64,000 bases of DNA from Brevundimonas sp. Its GTDB lineage: Bacteria; Pseudomonadota; Alphaproteobacteria; Caulobacterales; Caulobacteraceae. This document shows, one piece after another, positions 10,501-19,562 of this stretch; the stretch's first letter is position 1, and the number at the start of each line of letters is the position of its first letter. The stretch lies in contig NZ_JAVXCU010000004.1 in the NCBI RefSeq assembly GCF_036659295.1, positions 16,149 through 80,148 on the forward strand, read 5' to 3'. The notes beneath the pieces were generated by a model. That model had not been told where the DNA came from. It saw only the letters and a program-made list of their open reading frames with translations, and did no database searches. A program made the position numbers and the translations under genes.

Positions 10501-10577
10501 TTCGCGGCACCTATGATGCGCAGAACTATGACACCTTGGGCCGCTATTATTCGCTGGCGGTGACCAAGAAGTTCTGA
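7557..10577 (+). CDS. TonB-dependent receptor (about 1006 aa)
   Basis: Track ORF 7485..10577 trimmed to ATG 7557, preceded by GGGGAGAG. It has a signal peptide ending AFAQEAP, a plug (IVVTGSRIARRD) and a C-terminal ...VTKKF. Confidence 0.9.
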   Translation: MRLGEQIHTGRKARRVLLAGACAYAALSAGAAFAQEAPLESSGEDQVAQVSDIVVTGSRIARRDYSSNSPLTSVSSETIENTGQVTVEKALTQMPQFSGAQGQSTAGSSSTSLNGGQAYASLRGLGSKRTLLLLDGKRLQPSNPDGSVDLNIIPEALIGNVEVITGGASTAYGSDATAGVVNFILKRDIQGVTVASQYGISDYGDGESFRVSVTAGDRFADDRGRAVISLDYSMRDVAYQNKRDYYFTRNRQSNTAIISQGAAWFGSNRPTLDAINDVFVGEYGLNPVLGAGGFYNGQIGFNTGDDSLFNLGGASPVMNFKDPETDNHFLNAAGTNMLWGWNKGRIQNENERYSLFSRVDYQLTPTIDFYLQGSLTSYESEGTFNPTLAGLAYALSAPVTNPYISNEFAHILASRPNPTADFALWKDLDFAGERLQSYAYNVSQFIGGLTGQVGYKDWTWEAYASVSSADFENKQSGGVSRSAISRLLYSPTGGSEFCAGGFNPFGNHDPSAECVNYMVRGTTNTNELTQRMAEASVQGGLFELPAGEVRFAAGVGYRYNHFDFRPDSALDQPDGTSDILGYSELRASSGNVDSTEVFAEFLIPLLKDLPFIQSLEMDLGYRFSDYSSVGGVHAYKADLNWQINDIVRVRGGYNRAVRAPSVGELYSPISAATVDIGNPSAANTNGDPCDVRSSFRQGPNGQKVADLCVALGVPAALIDSYQFGAAQVFALTGGNPDLEEETADTYSFGTVLQPSFHSPWLSNISASIDWYQIKVADAVGTLGVGNGIRYCFNDGGNNPNFDPNNYYCSLQDRNTNDGYMVNPSQPLLNLGQFNVTGIDVQLDWRVHLADVGLAEAGSISIGTAISYLDSFEIQALPGAPTFDYAGTWGTAIEANAGQAHPEWKASTSVTYSRDSWNVGLRWRHMSEMMNSARVTSPNSTTRGVDAYDVFDLNARVDLPWETSVRFTVTNLFNEAPPQVGDIRGTYDAQNYDTLGRYYSLAVTKKF

Positions 10578-10584
10578 TCCGTTT

Positions 10585-10617
10585 CAGGCCGGAGACAGAG
10601 CGTTTCCGGCCTGTTTT
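10585..10617 (+). terminator. Rho-independent terminator after the TBDR
   Basis: CAGGCCGGA-N11-TCCGGCCTG followed by TTTT. Confidence 0.7.
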
Positions 10618-10703
10618 CAGTGTTCCGGCGGCTTTAAGTCCGCCGTGAAAGTCTAGAGTATCCGTTTAGGGGGCGGTGCCATTCGCACCGCGGAGGAGGA
10701 AGT

Positions 10704-11999
10704 ATGAAACTGAACCTGAAGAATAGCTGGGCCGTTGGTCTGGCGGCTGTGCTGATGGCTTCGGCCAGCGGTGCTGCGGCTCAGAACGTGTCCTATATCC
10801 ATGCGGGCCGCGTGCTGGCCGATCCGGCCACCGGCCGCGTAACCGAGCGCCAGACCCTTGTGATCGAGGATGGCAAGGTCAAGGAAATCCGCGACGGTTT
10901 CGTGGGCGAAGGCAATGTGGTGGACCTGTCGGACAAGTTCGTCCTGCCGGGCTTTATCGACAGCCACGTCCATCTGGGTGGCCAGCAAGGTGATGGCGAT
11001 CGCGCCACCCGCTTTACCAGCACCTCTGCCGACGCGGCCCTGCGCGGCGCACAATATGCCAAGATCACGCTGGAGGCCGGTTTCACCACGGTGGCCGATC
11101 TGGGCGGTAATGCCGACGCGGTTGTCGGCCTGCGTAATGCCGTGGCCCAAGGCCGTATTGTCGGCCCGCGCATTCTGGCCTCGGCCGGTACAGTGACCCC
11201 GCATGGCGGCCACGGCGATGCCAATGGCGTGCCGGAATCCATGGTGCCGCTGATGCGTACCACGGGCGTCTGCTCGGGTCCGGATGACTGCCGCCGTGCT
11301 GTGCGCGAGCGCGTGCGTTCGGGCGCTGATGTCATCAAGATCACGGCGACCGGCGGCGTTCTGTCCGATACCGGTGCGGGCCTGAACCAGCAGTTCTCGC
11401 AAGGTGAGCTGGAAGCCATTGTCGAGACCGCCCACTTCATGGGCCGTCGCGTCACCGCCCATGCCCACGGCACGGACGGTATCAACAGCTTCCTGCGCGC
11501 CGGTGGTGACTCGATCGAGCACGGCACCTTCCTCGACAATGAAGGCATCCGCATGCTGAAGGCCAATGGCGGCTATCTGGTCCCGACCTTGCTGGCCGGT
11601 GACTTTGTAGCCCGCGAAGCCCAGCGTCCGGGCACCTTCTTCACCGCCAACCAGCGCAAGAAGTCGCTGGAAGCCGGTCCGCTGATGCTGGACATGGCGC
11701 GCCGTGCCCACGCCGCCGGTGTGAAGATCGCATTTGGCACCGACAACGGCGTTGGCCCGCACGGCGACAATGCCCGCGAGTTCGTGCTGCTGGTCCAAGC
11801 CGGTCTGACCCCGATCGAAGCCATCCGTACCGCCACCATCAACGCAGCCGACCACTTTGGTCTGCAAGACGAGATCGGCCGTATCACGGCGGGCTATAAT
11901 GCCGACATCATCGCCGTTGACGGTGATCCGTTGCAGGACGTGGCCACCCTGCGTGACGTCAAATTCGTCATGCGCGCAGGCAATGTCTACAAGCAGTAG
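10704..11999 (+). CDS. Secreted amidohydrolase family metallohydrolase
   Basis: 431 aa with a signal peptide. It has the motif PGFIDSHVHLGG and downstream H/D ligand positions typical of amidohydrolase_1. Confidence 0.8.
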   Translation: MKLNLKNSWAVGLAAVLMASASGAAAQNVSYIHAGRVLADPATGRVTERQTLVIEDGKVKEIRDGFVGEGNVVDLSDKFVLPGFIDSHVHLGGQQGDGDRATRFTSTSADAALRGAQYAKITLEAGFTTVADLGGNADAVVGLRNAVAQGRIVGPRILASAGTVTPHGGHGDANGVPESMVPLMRTTGVCSGPDDCRRAVRERVRSGADVIKITATGGVLSDTGAGLNQQFSQGELEAIVETAHFMGRRVTAHAHGTDGINSFLRAGGDSIEHGTFLDNEGIRMLKANGGYLVPTLLAGDFVAREAQRPGTFFTANQRKKSLEAGPLMLDMARRAHAAGVKIAFGTDNGVGPHGDNAREFVLLVQAGLTPIEAIRTATINAADHFGLQDEIGRITAGYNADIIAVDGDPLQDVATLRDVKFVMRAGNVYKQ

Positions 12000-12029
12000 G
12001 TCGAAAGACTGACCGCTGAAAACGTGAAA

Positions 12030-12056
12030 GGCCGCTCCGCAAGGGGCGGCCTTTTT
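12030..12056 (+). terminator. Rho-independent terminator
   Basis: GGCCGCTCC-GCAA-GGGGCGGCC followed by TTTTT. Confidence 0.65.
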
Positions 12057-12137
12057 CGCGTGTGACTTTTGGCGTGCCGATGTGGAAAAAGGGCGCATCG
12101 CGGCGTGATTTGCGCTAGGGGGAGCGCCCCCCGATCA

Positions 12138-13493
12138 ATGCCTGACCTGAAAGTCCGCCGCGTGACTGTTTCTTCTGCTGCCGCCCCCATCGCCACCTTA
12201 GGTATCGACTTTGGCACCACCAATACGGTGCTGGCGCTCAGCCTGCCGGGTCAGGACGCGCAGGTGGTGACGCTACAAGGCCCCGCCGCAGAGCTGTCGG
12301 GCTTCCGCTCGGCACTGGGTTTCCAGATGATCCCCGCCGCTGACGGATCGGCACCGGAGCGCATCATCTCGGCCGGACCGTGGGCGGTCGAAACCTATCT
12401 GGAAGACCCGCTGGATACGCGCTTCATCCAGTCGTTCAAGAATTTCGCCGCCAGTGCCGCCTTTAGCGAAACCGTCATCGACGGTCGCCGCTACAGGTTC
12501 GAGGACCTGCTGGCTGTGTTTATGCAGCAGGTGCGCCAGCATGCAGGCGAGGGGCTGGCCACTCTGCCGCCGCGCGTGATCGTCGGTCGCCCCGTCACCT
12601 TTGCGGGCGGTAATCCGAACGAGCCTCTGGCGCTGGAACGCTATCAGGCGGCCTTCACGCAGCTGGGCTTTGGCGATATCCGCTATGCCTATGAGCCGGT
12701 CGGGGCGGCCTTCTATTTTGCCCGCTCGCTGGAAAAGGCCGCGACCGTTCTGGTGGCCGACTTTGGCGGCGGTACCAGCGACTTTTCCATCATCCGTTTC
12801 GAGCCGACCCCCGAGGGCCTGCGCTCGACGCCACTGGGCCGCGCCGGTGTCGGCATTGCGGGCGATGCGTTCGACTATCGCATCATCGACAATCTGGTGT
12901 CGCCGGAACTGGGCAAGGGCACGACCTATACGGCCATGGGCAAGACCCTGCCGGTGCCGCAGCGTTACTTCACTGCCTTTGCCAAATGGGAGCAACTGGC
13001 CCTGCTGCGGGCCTCGCGCGACATGAAGGATATTCGCGGTCTGGTGCGTAATGCCGACGAGCCGGAAAAGATGGAACGTCTGGTCGAGGTTCTGGACGAG
13101 AACTACGGCTATGCCCTTTACCAGTCCGTCTCGGCCCTCAAGATCGCCCTGTCTTCACAGGACGAGACCCAGTTCGTGTTCGCACAGGGCGACGTCGATA
13201 TCCGCCATAACGTCAGCCGTGACACCTTCGAGGGCTGGATCGCCCCCGAACTGGCCCAGATCGAAGGCGCAGTGGACCTTGCGCTGGAGCGGGCAGGGAT
13301 GGCACCTGACGGTATTGACCGTGTGTTCCTGACCGGCGGCACATCCTTTGTACCTGCGGTGCGCCGCATGTTTGTGGACCGCTTTGGCGAGGAACGTATC
13401 GAAAGCGGCAGCGAGTTCGAATCCATCGCTTCCGGTCTGGCCCTGATCGGACAGGAAACCGATCTGGACATGTGGAGCGAGACGCAAGCCTAA
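12138..13493 (+). CDS. Hsp70-family ATPase (YegD-like, no substrate-binding lid)
   Basis: Track ORF trimmed to ATG 12138. It has the phosphate-1 motif LGIDFGTTNTVLA, then DFGGGTSDFS and TGGTSFVP. Confidence 0.75.
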   Translation: MPDLKVRRVTVSSAAAPIATLGIDFGTTNTVLALSLPGQDAQVVTLQGPAAELSGFRSALGFQMIPAADGSAPERIISAGPWAVETYLEDPLDTRFIQSFKNFAASAAFSETVIDGRRYRFEDLLAVFMQQVRQHAGEGLATLPPRVIVGRPVTFAGGNPNEPLALERYQAAFTQLGFGDIRYAYEPVGAAFYFARSLEKAATVLVADFGGGTSDFSIIRFEPTPEGLRSTPLGRAGVGIAGDAFDYRIIDNLVSPELGKGTTYTAMGKTLPVPQRYFTAFAKWEQLALLRASRDMKDIRGLVRNADEPEKMERLVEVLDENYGYALYQSVSALKIALSSQDETQFVFAQGDVDIRHNVSRDTFEGWIAPELAQIEGAVDLALERAGMAPDGIDRVFLTGGTSFVPAVRRMFVDRFGEERIESGSEFESIASGLALIGQETDLDMWSETQA

Positions 13494-13612
13494 AGGCGTC
13501 GGGCTGGGCGGATCGCAACAGGCAGAACGATTCAATCAATAGCCAAGGTAAGGCTTATCGGTCTAAGGCTCGTGGCATAGTTGTAACTGTGCCGAGTGCA
13601 GAAGAAGTTTTG

Positions 13613-14326
13613 ATGTCTGTAGAAGAGTGGCCGCCCCTGAGCCGTGGTGTGGAGCGCGGAGCAATTATGTCCGCGCCTGTAACGCAAAAGGGGCTGTCGG
13701 GCCTGATGTCCCGTGCACTTCCGGCTCTGGCTTTGATCGTTGGGTGTCTGCTGGTGGCGCTCGCCTTCAGTCTTGTCTTGGGCGAGCAGGCTCTGGCCCT
13801 GACGCGCGAAGGGGGCGTGATCGAGACGCTCACCGTGCTTTTGTATGCGGGTGTGCTTGTCGTGGCGCTGGTCGTGCGGGCACGCGGAGAGGTCGCGGCC
13901 GGATTGATCGCGCTGGCGGCCTTGCTGATGGGCCTGCGCGAGCTTGATGCCCATAAGACCTTCACCACCTATGGCCTGTTCAAAACGCGGCTCTATGTCA
14001 GTCCGGATGTGCCGTTGACCGAAAAACTGCTGGCCGGACTTGCGGTTGCGATCCTGCTGACGCTGCTGGTGATGGCGATCCGCTCGGCATGGCGTTCGCG
14101 CTCGCTCCAGCAATCGGCGGCGTCGATCACCCTGCTGGCTGTGGGCGGGTTTGGCATCTTTCTCAAGGAAATGGATGGCCTGCCACGTCAGCTCAGAAAG
14201 ATGGGTGTGGCGCTGCAAAATGACCTGATGGCGATTAGCAAAGCGGTCGAGGAAACAGGCGAACTGGGCCTGCCCTTATTGCTGGCCCTGGCGCTGTGGC
14301 AGTTGCGATCTGTCAACTGGCGGTAG
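13613..14326 (+). CDS. Hypothetical multi-pass membrane protein
   Basis: Hydrophobic ORF in the track (13472..14326). The start is uncertain: ATG 13613 or 13667. Confidence 0.45.
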   Translation: MSVEEWPPLSRGVERGAIMSAPVTQKGLSGLMSRALPALALIVGCLLVALAFSLVLGEQALALTREGGVIETLTVLLYAGVLVVALVVRARGEVAAGLIALAALLMGLRELDAHKTFTTYGLFKTRLYVSPDVPLTEKLLAGLAVAILLTLLVMAIRSAWRSRSLQQSAASITLLAVGGFGIFLKEMDGLPRQLRKMGVALQNDLMAISKAVEETGELGLPLLLALALWQLRSVNWR

Positions 14327-14551
14327 AGAACGAATAAATATGCCCATTTAGCGAAGCCGTATTTGGTATTTGGGGTAGATTTTTGCGACGGTCTGTCCTA
14401 GTTGGACGGCAATGGTTGAGAAACTTGCATATGTGCGTATCGCCCTAGGGCGACTTATCGGCGGCCGCCGGGGTTAACGGCTGCCTCGGTGGCGACGTGT
14501 CTTCGCCGCACATCTCCCATTGAATATGCTTGATCAAGAGAGGCGCACCCC

Positions 14552-16225
14552 ATGCTGCGCGACCCCTCGGTAAAATACCGTGCCTTCCCTCAAATCGACC
14601 TGCCAAACCGTCAGTGGCCGTCCAGAACTATCACCAAGGCACCGCGCTGGCTGTCCACGGACCTGCGTGACGGCAATCAGGCTCTGGCCGACCCCATGGA
14701 CGCCGACAAGAAGCAGCGCTTCTTCGATATGCTGGTGAAGATCGGCGTGAAGGAGATCGAGGTCGGTTTCCCGTCTGCGGGCGCGACCGAGTTCGACTTC
14801 ATCTCGGGTCTGGTGCGTCAGGATCGCATCCCCGACGATGTGATGGTGCAGGTGCTGACCCAGTCACGCCGCGACCTGATCCAGAAGTCATTCGAGGCCT
14901 TGGAGGGTGCGCGAACCGCCACGGTCCATCTGTATAATGCGGTATCCCCTGCATGGCGCGAGGTCGTGTTCAACATGGACCGCGCCGGCATCAAGGCACT
15001 GGCCATCGAGGGCGCGAAAATCCTGCGTGAAGAGGCCGAAAAGCGCCCCGACACGGACTGGCGCTTTGAATATTCGCCTGAAACCTTCTCGACCGCAGAA
15101 CTGGATTTCAGCCTCGAGGTCTGCGAGGCGGTTCAGGATATTCTGGAGCCGACGGTTGAAAAGCCGATTATCTTCAACCTGCCGGCCACGGTCGAATGCT
15201 CGACCCCCAACATCTATGCCGATCAGATCGAATGGATGATCCGCAACCTGTCACGTCGTGAGGCGGCGATCATCTCGCTGCACCCGCATAATGACCGTGG
15301 CACGGGTGTCGCGGCGGCAGAGCTGGGTCTGATGGCCGGTGCCGACCGTATCGAGGGCTGTATCTTCGGCAATGGCGAGCGCACCGGTAATGTCGATCTG
15401 GTGACGCTGGCCCTGAATATGTACACCCAAGGCATCTCGCCGGAGCTGGACTTCTCCAACATGGAGGAGATCGTCAAGACGGTGGAGTACTGCAACCAGA
15501 TCCCCGTCCATCCGCGCCATCCCTATGCGGGTGAGCTGGTCTTTACGGCCTTCTCAGGCTCGCACCAGGATGCGATCAAAAAGGGCTTCGAGGCGCAGGA
15601 AAAACGCAACGACCCGTTCTGGAACGTGCCCTATCTGCCGATCGATCCGGCCGATATCGGGGCCAGCTACGAAGCGGTCATCCGCGTGAACTCCCAGTCC
15701 GGCAAGGGCGGCATGGCGTGGGTGCTGCAACAGGACAAGGGTTTGAAGCTGCCCAAGGCCATGCAGGCCGATTTCAGTCGTGCCGTTCAGAAAAAAGCCG
15801 ATGAGGTCAGCCGCGAACTGACCAGCGCCGATATCTGGGACACCTTCCAGAAAGCCTATCGTCTGGACGGTCCGCAGTATTTTGAACTGATGTCCTTCAT
15901 GGAGCAGGGCCGCGCCAAGAGCGATGGCCAGCGCGTCTTTACCGGCGACGTCAAGATCGGCCACAAGGTGACGCCGATTTCGGGGCGCGGTAACGGTCTG
16001 ATCTCGGCATTGCTGGACGGTATCCGCGAGGCCGGTGCGCCCGATTTCGAAATCATCGACTATCAGGAACACGCCATCGGAGCCGGCACCGACGCCCGCG
16101 CCGCCGCCTATGTGCAGTGCAAGACCAGAGACGGCCGCACCGTCTTCGGGGCCGGTATGGATAGCGATGTCGCCACCGCCTCTGCCCGCGCTGTTATCAG
16201 CGCCGCCAACAGTGTCGTCGCCTGA
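14552..16225 (+). CDS. leuA: 2-isopropylmalate synthase (long LeuA type)
   Basis: 557 aa. WLSTDLRDGNQAL, EVGFPSAG and HPHNDRGTGVAAAELG are hallmark LeuA motifs. Confidence 0.92.
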   Translation: MLRDPSVKYRAFPQIDLPNRQWPSRTITKAPRWLSTDLRDGNQALADPMDADKKQRFFDMLVKIGVKEIEVGFPSAGATEFDFISGLVRQDRIPDDVMVQVLTQSRRDLIQKSFEALEGARTATVHLYNAVSPAWREVVFNMDRAGIKALAIEGAKILREEAEKRPDTDWRFEYSPETFSTAELDFSLEVCEAVQDILEPTVEKPIIFNLPATVECSTPNIYADQIEWMIRNLSRREAAIISLHPHNDRGTGVAAAELGLMAGADRIEGCIFGNGERTGNVDLVTLALNMYTQGISPELDFSNMEEIVKTVEYCNQIPVHPRHPYAGELVFTAFSGSHQDAIKKGFEAQEKRNDPFWNVPYLPIDPADIGASYEAVIRVNSQSGKGGMAWVLQQDKGLKLPKAMQADFSRAVQKKADEVSRELTSADIWDTFQKAYRLDGPQYFELMSFMEQGRAKSDGQRVFTGDVKIGHKVTPISGRGNGLISALLDGIREAGAPDFEIIDYQEHAIGAGTDARAAAYVQCKTRDGRTVFGAGMDSDVATASARAVISAANSVVA

Positions 16226-16254
16226 TCGCGCTTTAAAATCCCCGCGACGGAAAG

Positions 16255-16283
16255 GGCCGGACCTGAAAGGGTTCGGCCTTTTT
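16255..16283 (+). terminator. Rho-independent terminator after leuA
   Basis: GGCCGGACC-N6-GGTTCGGCC followed by TTTTT. Confidence 0.6.
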
Positions 16284-16333
16284 CTTTGGCTGAAATCATA
16301 TGGAGTGTGGACCTCAGCCGGATTGCCCTCTTT

Positions 16334-16371
16334 CGTCATCCTCCGACAAGCCGCATAGCGGCGCAGATCGG
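16334..16371 (+). repeat. 38-bp intergenic repeat, copy 1 (identical to 44966..45003)
   Basis: CGTCATCCTCCGACAAGCCGCATAGCGGCGCAGATCGG is present identically at both sites. Confidence 0.85.
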
Positions 16372-16472
16372 GGGGGCAGCGGCACCGAAGGTGATCTATG
16401 GCCCAAACTCATGACTTCTGGCGCATCAGGCCGTTCTCGTCGTAAGTCAGGTTCAGGACCAAGGGGGATGTC

Positions 16473-17471
16473 TTGACATCATCGACTGTTAAGGCGCGCG
16501 CGGCGGGCACCAAATGGGCGTGGGGCAGCCTGCTTGTGGCTCTGCCGTTGGTGGCATGGACGGCGCTGGCGGTGCATTACCAACTGCGTCCGTTCGGCGT
16601 GTGGGTCTATGCCATACCGCTGGTGATGCTGGCGCTTCAGGTCTGGGTGTCCTTCATGGGGCGCGGGCGAGCATGGGCTGTGCTGGCCATCATAGTCGCG
16701 CTCGTCGCGCTGGGCTGGGCGCAGGTTCGCCCCTTACAAAACCGCGACTGGGCACCGGAGCTTTCGCGCGGTGTGGTGGCCGATATTCAAGGCTCGACCG
16801 TCCATCTGTCCAATGTGCGCGACTTCCGCTGGCACACCCGTGACGACGGCGATCCGCGCTGGATCGACCAGACGGTCAATCTGGACCAGCTCCAAACCGT
16901 GGACTTCATCAGCACCGTCTGGGCCAGCCCGCATATCGCCCACACCATGGTCAGCTTCGGCTTTGCCGACGGCCAGTATGTGGTGTTCTCGGCCGAAATC
17001 CGCCGTGAAAAGCACGAGAAATTTTCGGAGATTGGCGGCTTCTTCAAACAGTTCGAACTGGTTCTGATCGGGGCCACCGAAGAGGATATAGTCAAGCTGC
17101 GCACCCATGCGCGCGGCGAGGATGTCTCGATCTTCCCGCTGACCATGACGCCTGAACAGAAGAAGGCGCTGTTCCTGTCCTATGTCGGGCTCGGCAATGA
17201 GCTGGCGGTCAAGCCACGCTTTTACCAGACCATCACCACCAACTGTACGACCGTCATCTGGCGGCTGGCCCGAACGGTGGAAAAGCGTCTGCCGATGGAC
17301 TGGCGCATCCTGCTGTCAGGCCACACGCAGGATTATCTGTACGACCTCGGCGTCATCAAAAATGACCGTCCGCTGCCCGACATCAAGGCTAAGGCCCACG
17401 TGACCGAAAAGGCCCGCAGCCTTGCGCCGGATGCGCCCTATTCCCAAAGCATCCGCCAAGACCTGACATAG
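16473..17471 (+). CDS. DUF4105 (Lnb N-terminal-like) domain membrane protein
   Basis: 332 aa with a TTG start after AAGGGGGA. It has N-terminal TM helices and then ...FSAEIRREKHEKFSEIGGFFKQFELVLIG...TTNCTT, typical of DUF4105. Confidence 0.7.
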   Translation: MTSSTVKARAAGTKWAWGSLLVALPLVAWTALAVHYQLRPFGVWVYAIPLVMLALQVWVSFMGRGRAWAVLAIIVALVALGWAQVRPLQNRDWAPELSRGVVADIQGSTVHLSNVRDFRWHTRDDGDPRWIDQTVNLDQLQTVDFISTVWASPHIAHTMVSFGFADGQYVVFSAEIRREKHEKFSEIGGFFKQFELVLIGATEEDIVKLRTHARGEDVSIFPLTMTPEQKKALFLSYVGLGNELAVKPRFYQTITTNCTTVIWRLARTVEKRLPMDWRILLSGHTQDYLYDLGVIKNDRPLPDIKAKAHVTEKARSLAPDAPYSQSIRQDLT

Positions 17472-17508
17472 ATATTCAGGTGCTTTGGGGCGGGTTTTTC
17501 GCACGCAT

Positions 17509-17520
17509 ATTATCGATAAT
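17509..17520. promoter_or_regulatory. 12-bp perfect palindrome ATTATCGATAAT (candidate GntR operator 1)
   Basis: Read directly from the sequence. It is identical to the site at 17592. Confidence 0.45.
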
Positions 17521-17591
17521 GGGCGAAAGAACTTTGACAGTCGGGCGGCTCTGAAGCATGGGGCAGGGAGTGTTAAATCGAAATGCCCCGG

Positions 17592-17603
17592 ATTATCGAT
17601 AAT
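17592..17603. promoter_or_regulatory. 12-bp perfect palindrome ATTATCGATAAT (candidate GntR operator 2, overlaps the start codon)
   Basis: Second identical copy, 83 bp from the first. Its last bases run into ATG 17602. Confidence 0.45.
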
Positions 17604-18222
17604 GCGAGAACCCACATTGGCCGAACGTGTCGCCGACACATTGGCCCAACGGATCATTATCGGGGATTTGAAGCCGGGCACCCGCCTGCGTCAGGAACTA
17701 TACGCGCACGAGTTCAATACGAGTCATGTGCCGATACGCGAGGCCTTCCTGCGTCTGGAAACCCGCAAGCTGGTGGTCAGCGAACCAAGGCGCGGCGTGC
17801 GTGTGGCTCCGATCTCCAGCGGTGACGACAGGGAGATTGCCCGTATGCGCGGCGCTCTGGAAGTGATGGGGCTGCGAACCCTTTCGGGCAAGCTGACCGC
17901 ACGCCAGTTGGGCAAGGTTCGCGAGGCACTGTTGGCGGGCGAGGCCGCGACGGATCTGGTGTCGTGGGAAGCATCCAACCGCGCCTTCCATGTGGCGCTG
18001 GCCGAGCTGTCGCTGATGCCGCGTCTGGTCGAGGTGGTGCGCGACCTGAATATCGCCTTCTCGCGCAACGTCTTGCAAAACAGCGACAAGGACAGCTGGA
18101 AGCCCGCCTTTAACAACGACCACCACCGCATATACGAATGCCTCGTGGCGGCAGATTACGCCATGGCCGCATCCTTGCTCGAAGGCCATATCTGGCACCA
18201 TGAGCGCGTGAACAAACGCTGA
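17602..18222 (+). CDS. GntR family transcriptional regulator (FadR/FCD type)
   Basis: Track ORF trimmed to ATG 17602. It has an N-terminal wHTH (LAERVADTLAQRIIIGDLKPGTRL...VPIREAFLRLE) and a helical FCD-like C-terminus. Confidence 0.8.
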   Translation: MREPTLAERVADTLAQRIIIGDLKPGTRLRQELYAHEFNTSHVPIREAFLRLETRKLVVSEPRRGVRVAPISSGDDREIARMRGALEVMGLRTLSGKLTARQLGKVREALLAGEAATDLVSWEASNRAFHVALAELSLMPRLVEVVRDLNIAFSRNVLQNSDKDSWKPAFNNDHHRIYECLVAADYAMAASLLEGHIWHHERVNKR

Positions 18223-18329
18223 GATCCAAGGGCCTGAACAGGTGCTCTGCTACTATGGCCGGACTTGCGAGCCACCCCGAAGGGTGAAACAAGCGCAGAT
18301 AGAATTCCGGTACAATAATACGTAGTGAC

Positions 18330-19499
18330 ATGACCTTTTCAGCCCCCGCCGCCGCACCCGTTTCTGTCGCAGAACGCCACGCCCGCATTCGCACACTGGC
18401 GAACCGTCTGAAGGCCGAAGGGCTGGCGGCCATGCTGCTGGGGCCGACCAATTCGCTGCGTTACTATACGGGGCTGGACTGGCACCCTTCCGAGCGTCTG
18501 ACCGGGGCTCTGGTCCATGCGGACGGGCGTGTGCAATATGTTTGCCCCCGTTTCGAGCTGGACAAGATCACCGCGGTGACAGGCAATGACTATGCCGTCG
18601 CGGGTGACATCCTGACTTGGGAAGAAGAAGACAGCCCCTATGCGCTGGTCGCGGGCGCGCTCGCTGCCGATGCGCGTCTGGCGGTTGATGACCAGTCGGC
18701 GGCCTTTATCTGGCTGGGCCTGTCGCGGGCTCTGGGCCATGCGCGTCTGGAAGACGGCGGCCCGTTGATCGTGGCCCAGCGCAGCATCAAATCGGACACC
18801 GAGATTGCCCTTCTGGTTCGCGCCAAGGCGATCACGCTGGAAGTGCTGCGCCGCACCCGCCACTGGTTGCAGGAAGGCGTACTGACCTCCGAGGTCAAAC
18901 GCTTCGTCGATGCCGAACATCGCAAACTGGGCGGCGAGGGCGGCTCTTGGTTCTGCCTCGTCTCGTTTGGCGACGACACCTGCCTGCCGCATGGCGGCGA
19001 GGGCGATCGTGCGCTGAAAGTTGACGATGTGGTGCTGATCGATACCGGCACCCTTATCGACGGCTATCACTCCGACATCACCCGTACCTTTGTGTTCGGA
19101 AAACCCAGCGACGAGTTCCGCCGCGTGTGGGAACACGAGAAAAAAGCACAGGCTCTGGCCTTTGACGCGGCCCGTATCGGTGCCGAGTGCCAGAGCGTCG
19201 ATGCCGCCGCCCGCGATTATCTGACCGGTCTGGGCTATGGCCCCGACTATATCCTGCCGGGCCTGCCGCACCGCACCGGCCACGGTGTCGGTCTGGACAT
19301 CCACGAAGCCCCCAATCTGGTGCGCGGCGACACCACGCCGCTACAGGCCGGTATGTGCTTCTCGAACGAACCTATGCTGGTCATTCCCGGCCAGTTCGGC
19401 GTGCGTCTGGAAGACCATTTCTACATGAGCGAAACCGGTCCCGTCTGGTTCACCGAACCCTCCCACAGCCTCGACGACCCCTTCGGCGAAAACGCCTGA
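18330..19499 (+). CDS. M24 family metallopeptidase (Xaa-Pro dipeptidase/creatinase-like)
   Basis: 389 aa. The pita-bread ligand motifs are present: VLIDTGTLIDGYHSDITRT, HRTGHGVGLDIHE, SNEPML. Confidence 0.85.
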   Translation: MTFSAPAAAPVSVAERHARIRTLANRLKAEGLAAMLLGPTNSLRYYTGLDWHPSERLTGALVHADGRVQYVCPRFELDKITAVTGNDYAVAGDILTWEEEDSPYALVAGALAADARLAVDDQSAAFIWLGLSRALGHARLEDGGPLIVAQRSIKSDTEIALLVRAKAITLEVLRRTRHWLQEGVLTSEVKRFVDAEHRKLGGEGGSWFCLVSFGDDTCLPHGGEGDRALKVDDVVLIDTGTLIDGYHSDITRTFVFGKPSDEFRRVWEHEKKAQALAFDAARIGAECQSVDAAARDYLTGLGYGPDYILPGLPHRTGHGVGLDIHEAPNLVRGDTTPLQAGMCFSNEPMLVIPGQFGVRLEDHFYMSETGPVWFTEPSHSLDDPFGENA

Positions 19500-19514
19500 T
19501 CCTCTCAACCGGTT

Positions 19515-19562
19515 GCCCCCGACGACATACCGACCTGTTCCCAAAGAACAGCCGTCGGGGGC
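19515..19562 (+). terminator. Compound hairpin after the M24 peptidase gene (no T-tract)
   Basis: GCCCCCGACG...CGTCGGGGGC enclosing CTGTTC-N5-GAACAG. Confidence 0.35.

Noticed and set aside
10653-12098. 481-aa ORF antisense to the amidohydrolase gene.
   Set aside because: It is a shadow ORF with no motifs and no plausible start context. The plus-strand gene has clear amidohydrolase motifs and a terminator.
14327-14551. Possible leucine leader peptide or attenuator upstream of leuA.
   Set aside because: The small ORFs here (for example MVEKLAYVRIALGRLIGGRRG) are not Leu-run-rich. I could not find convincing alternative terminator/antiterminator hairpins.
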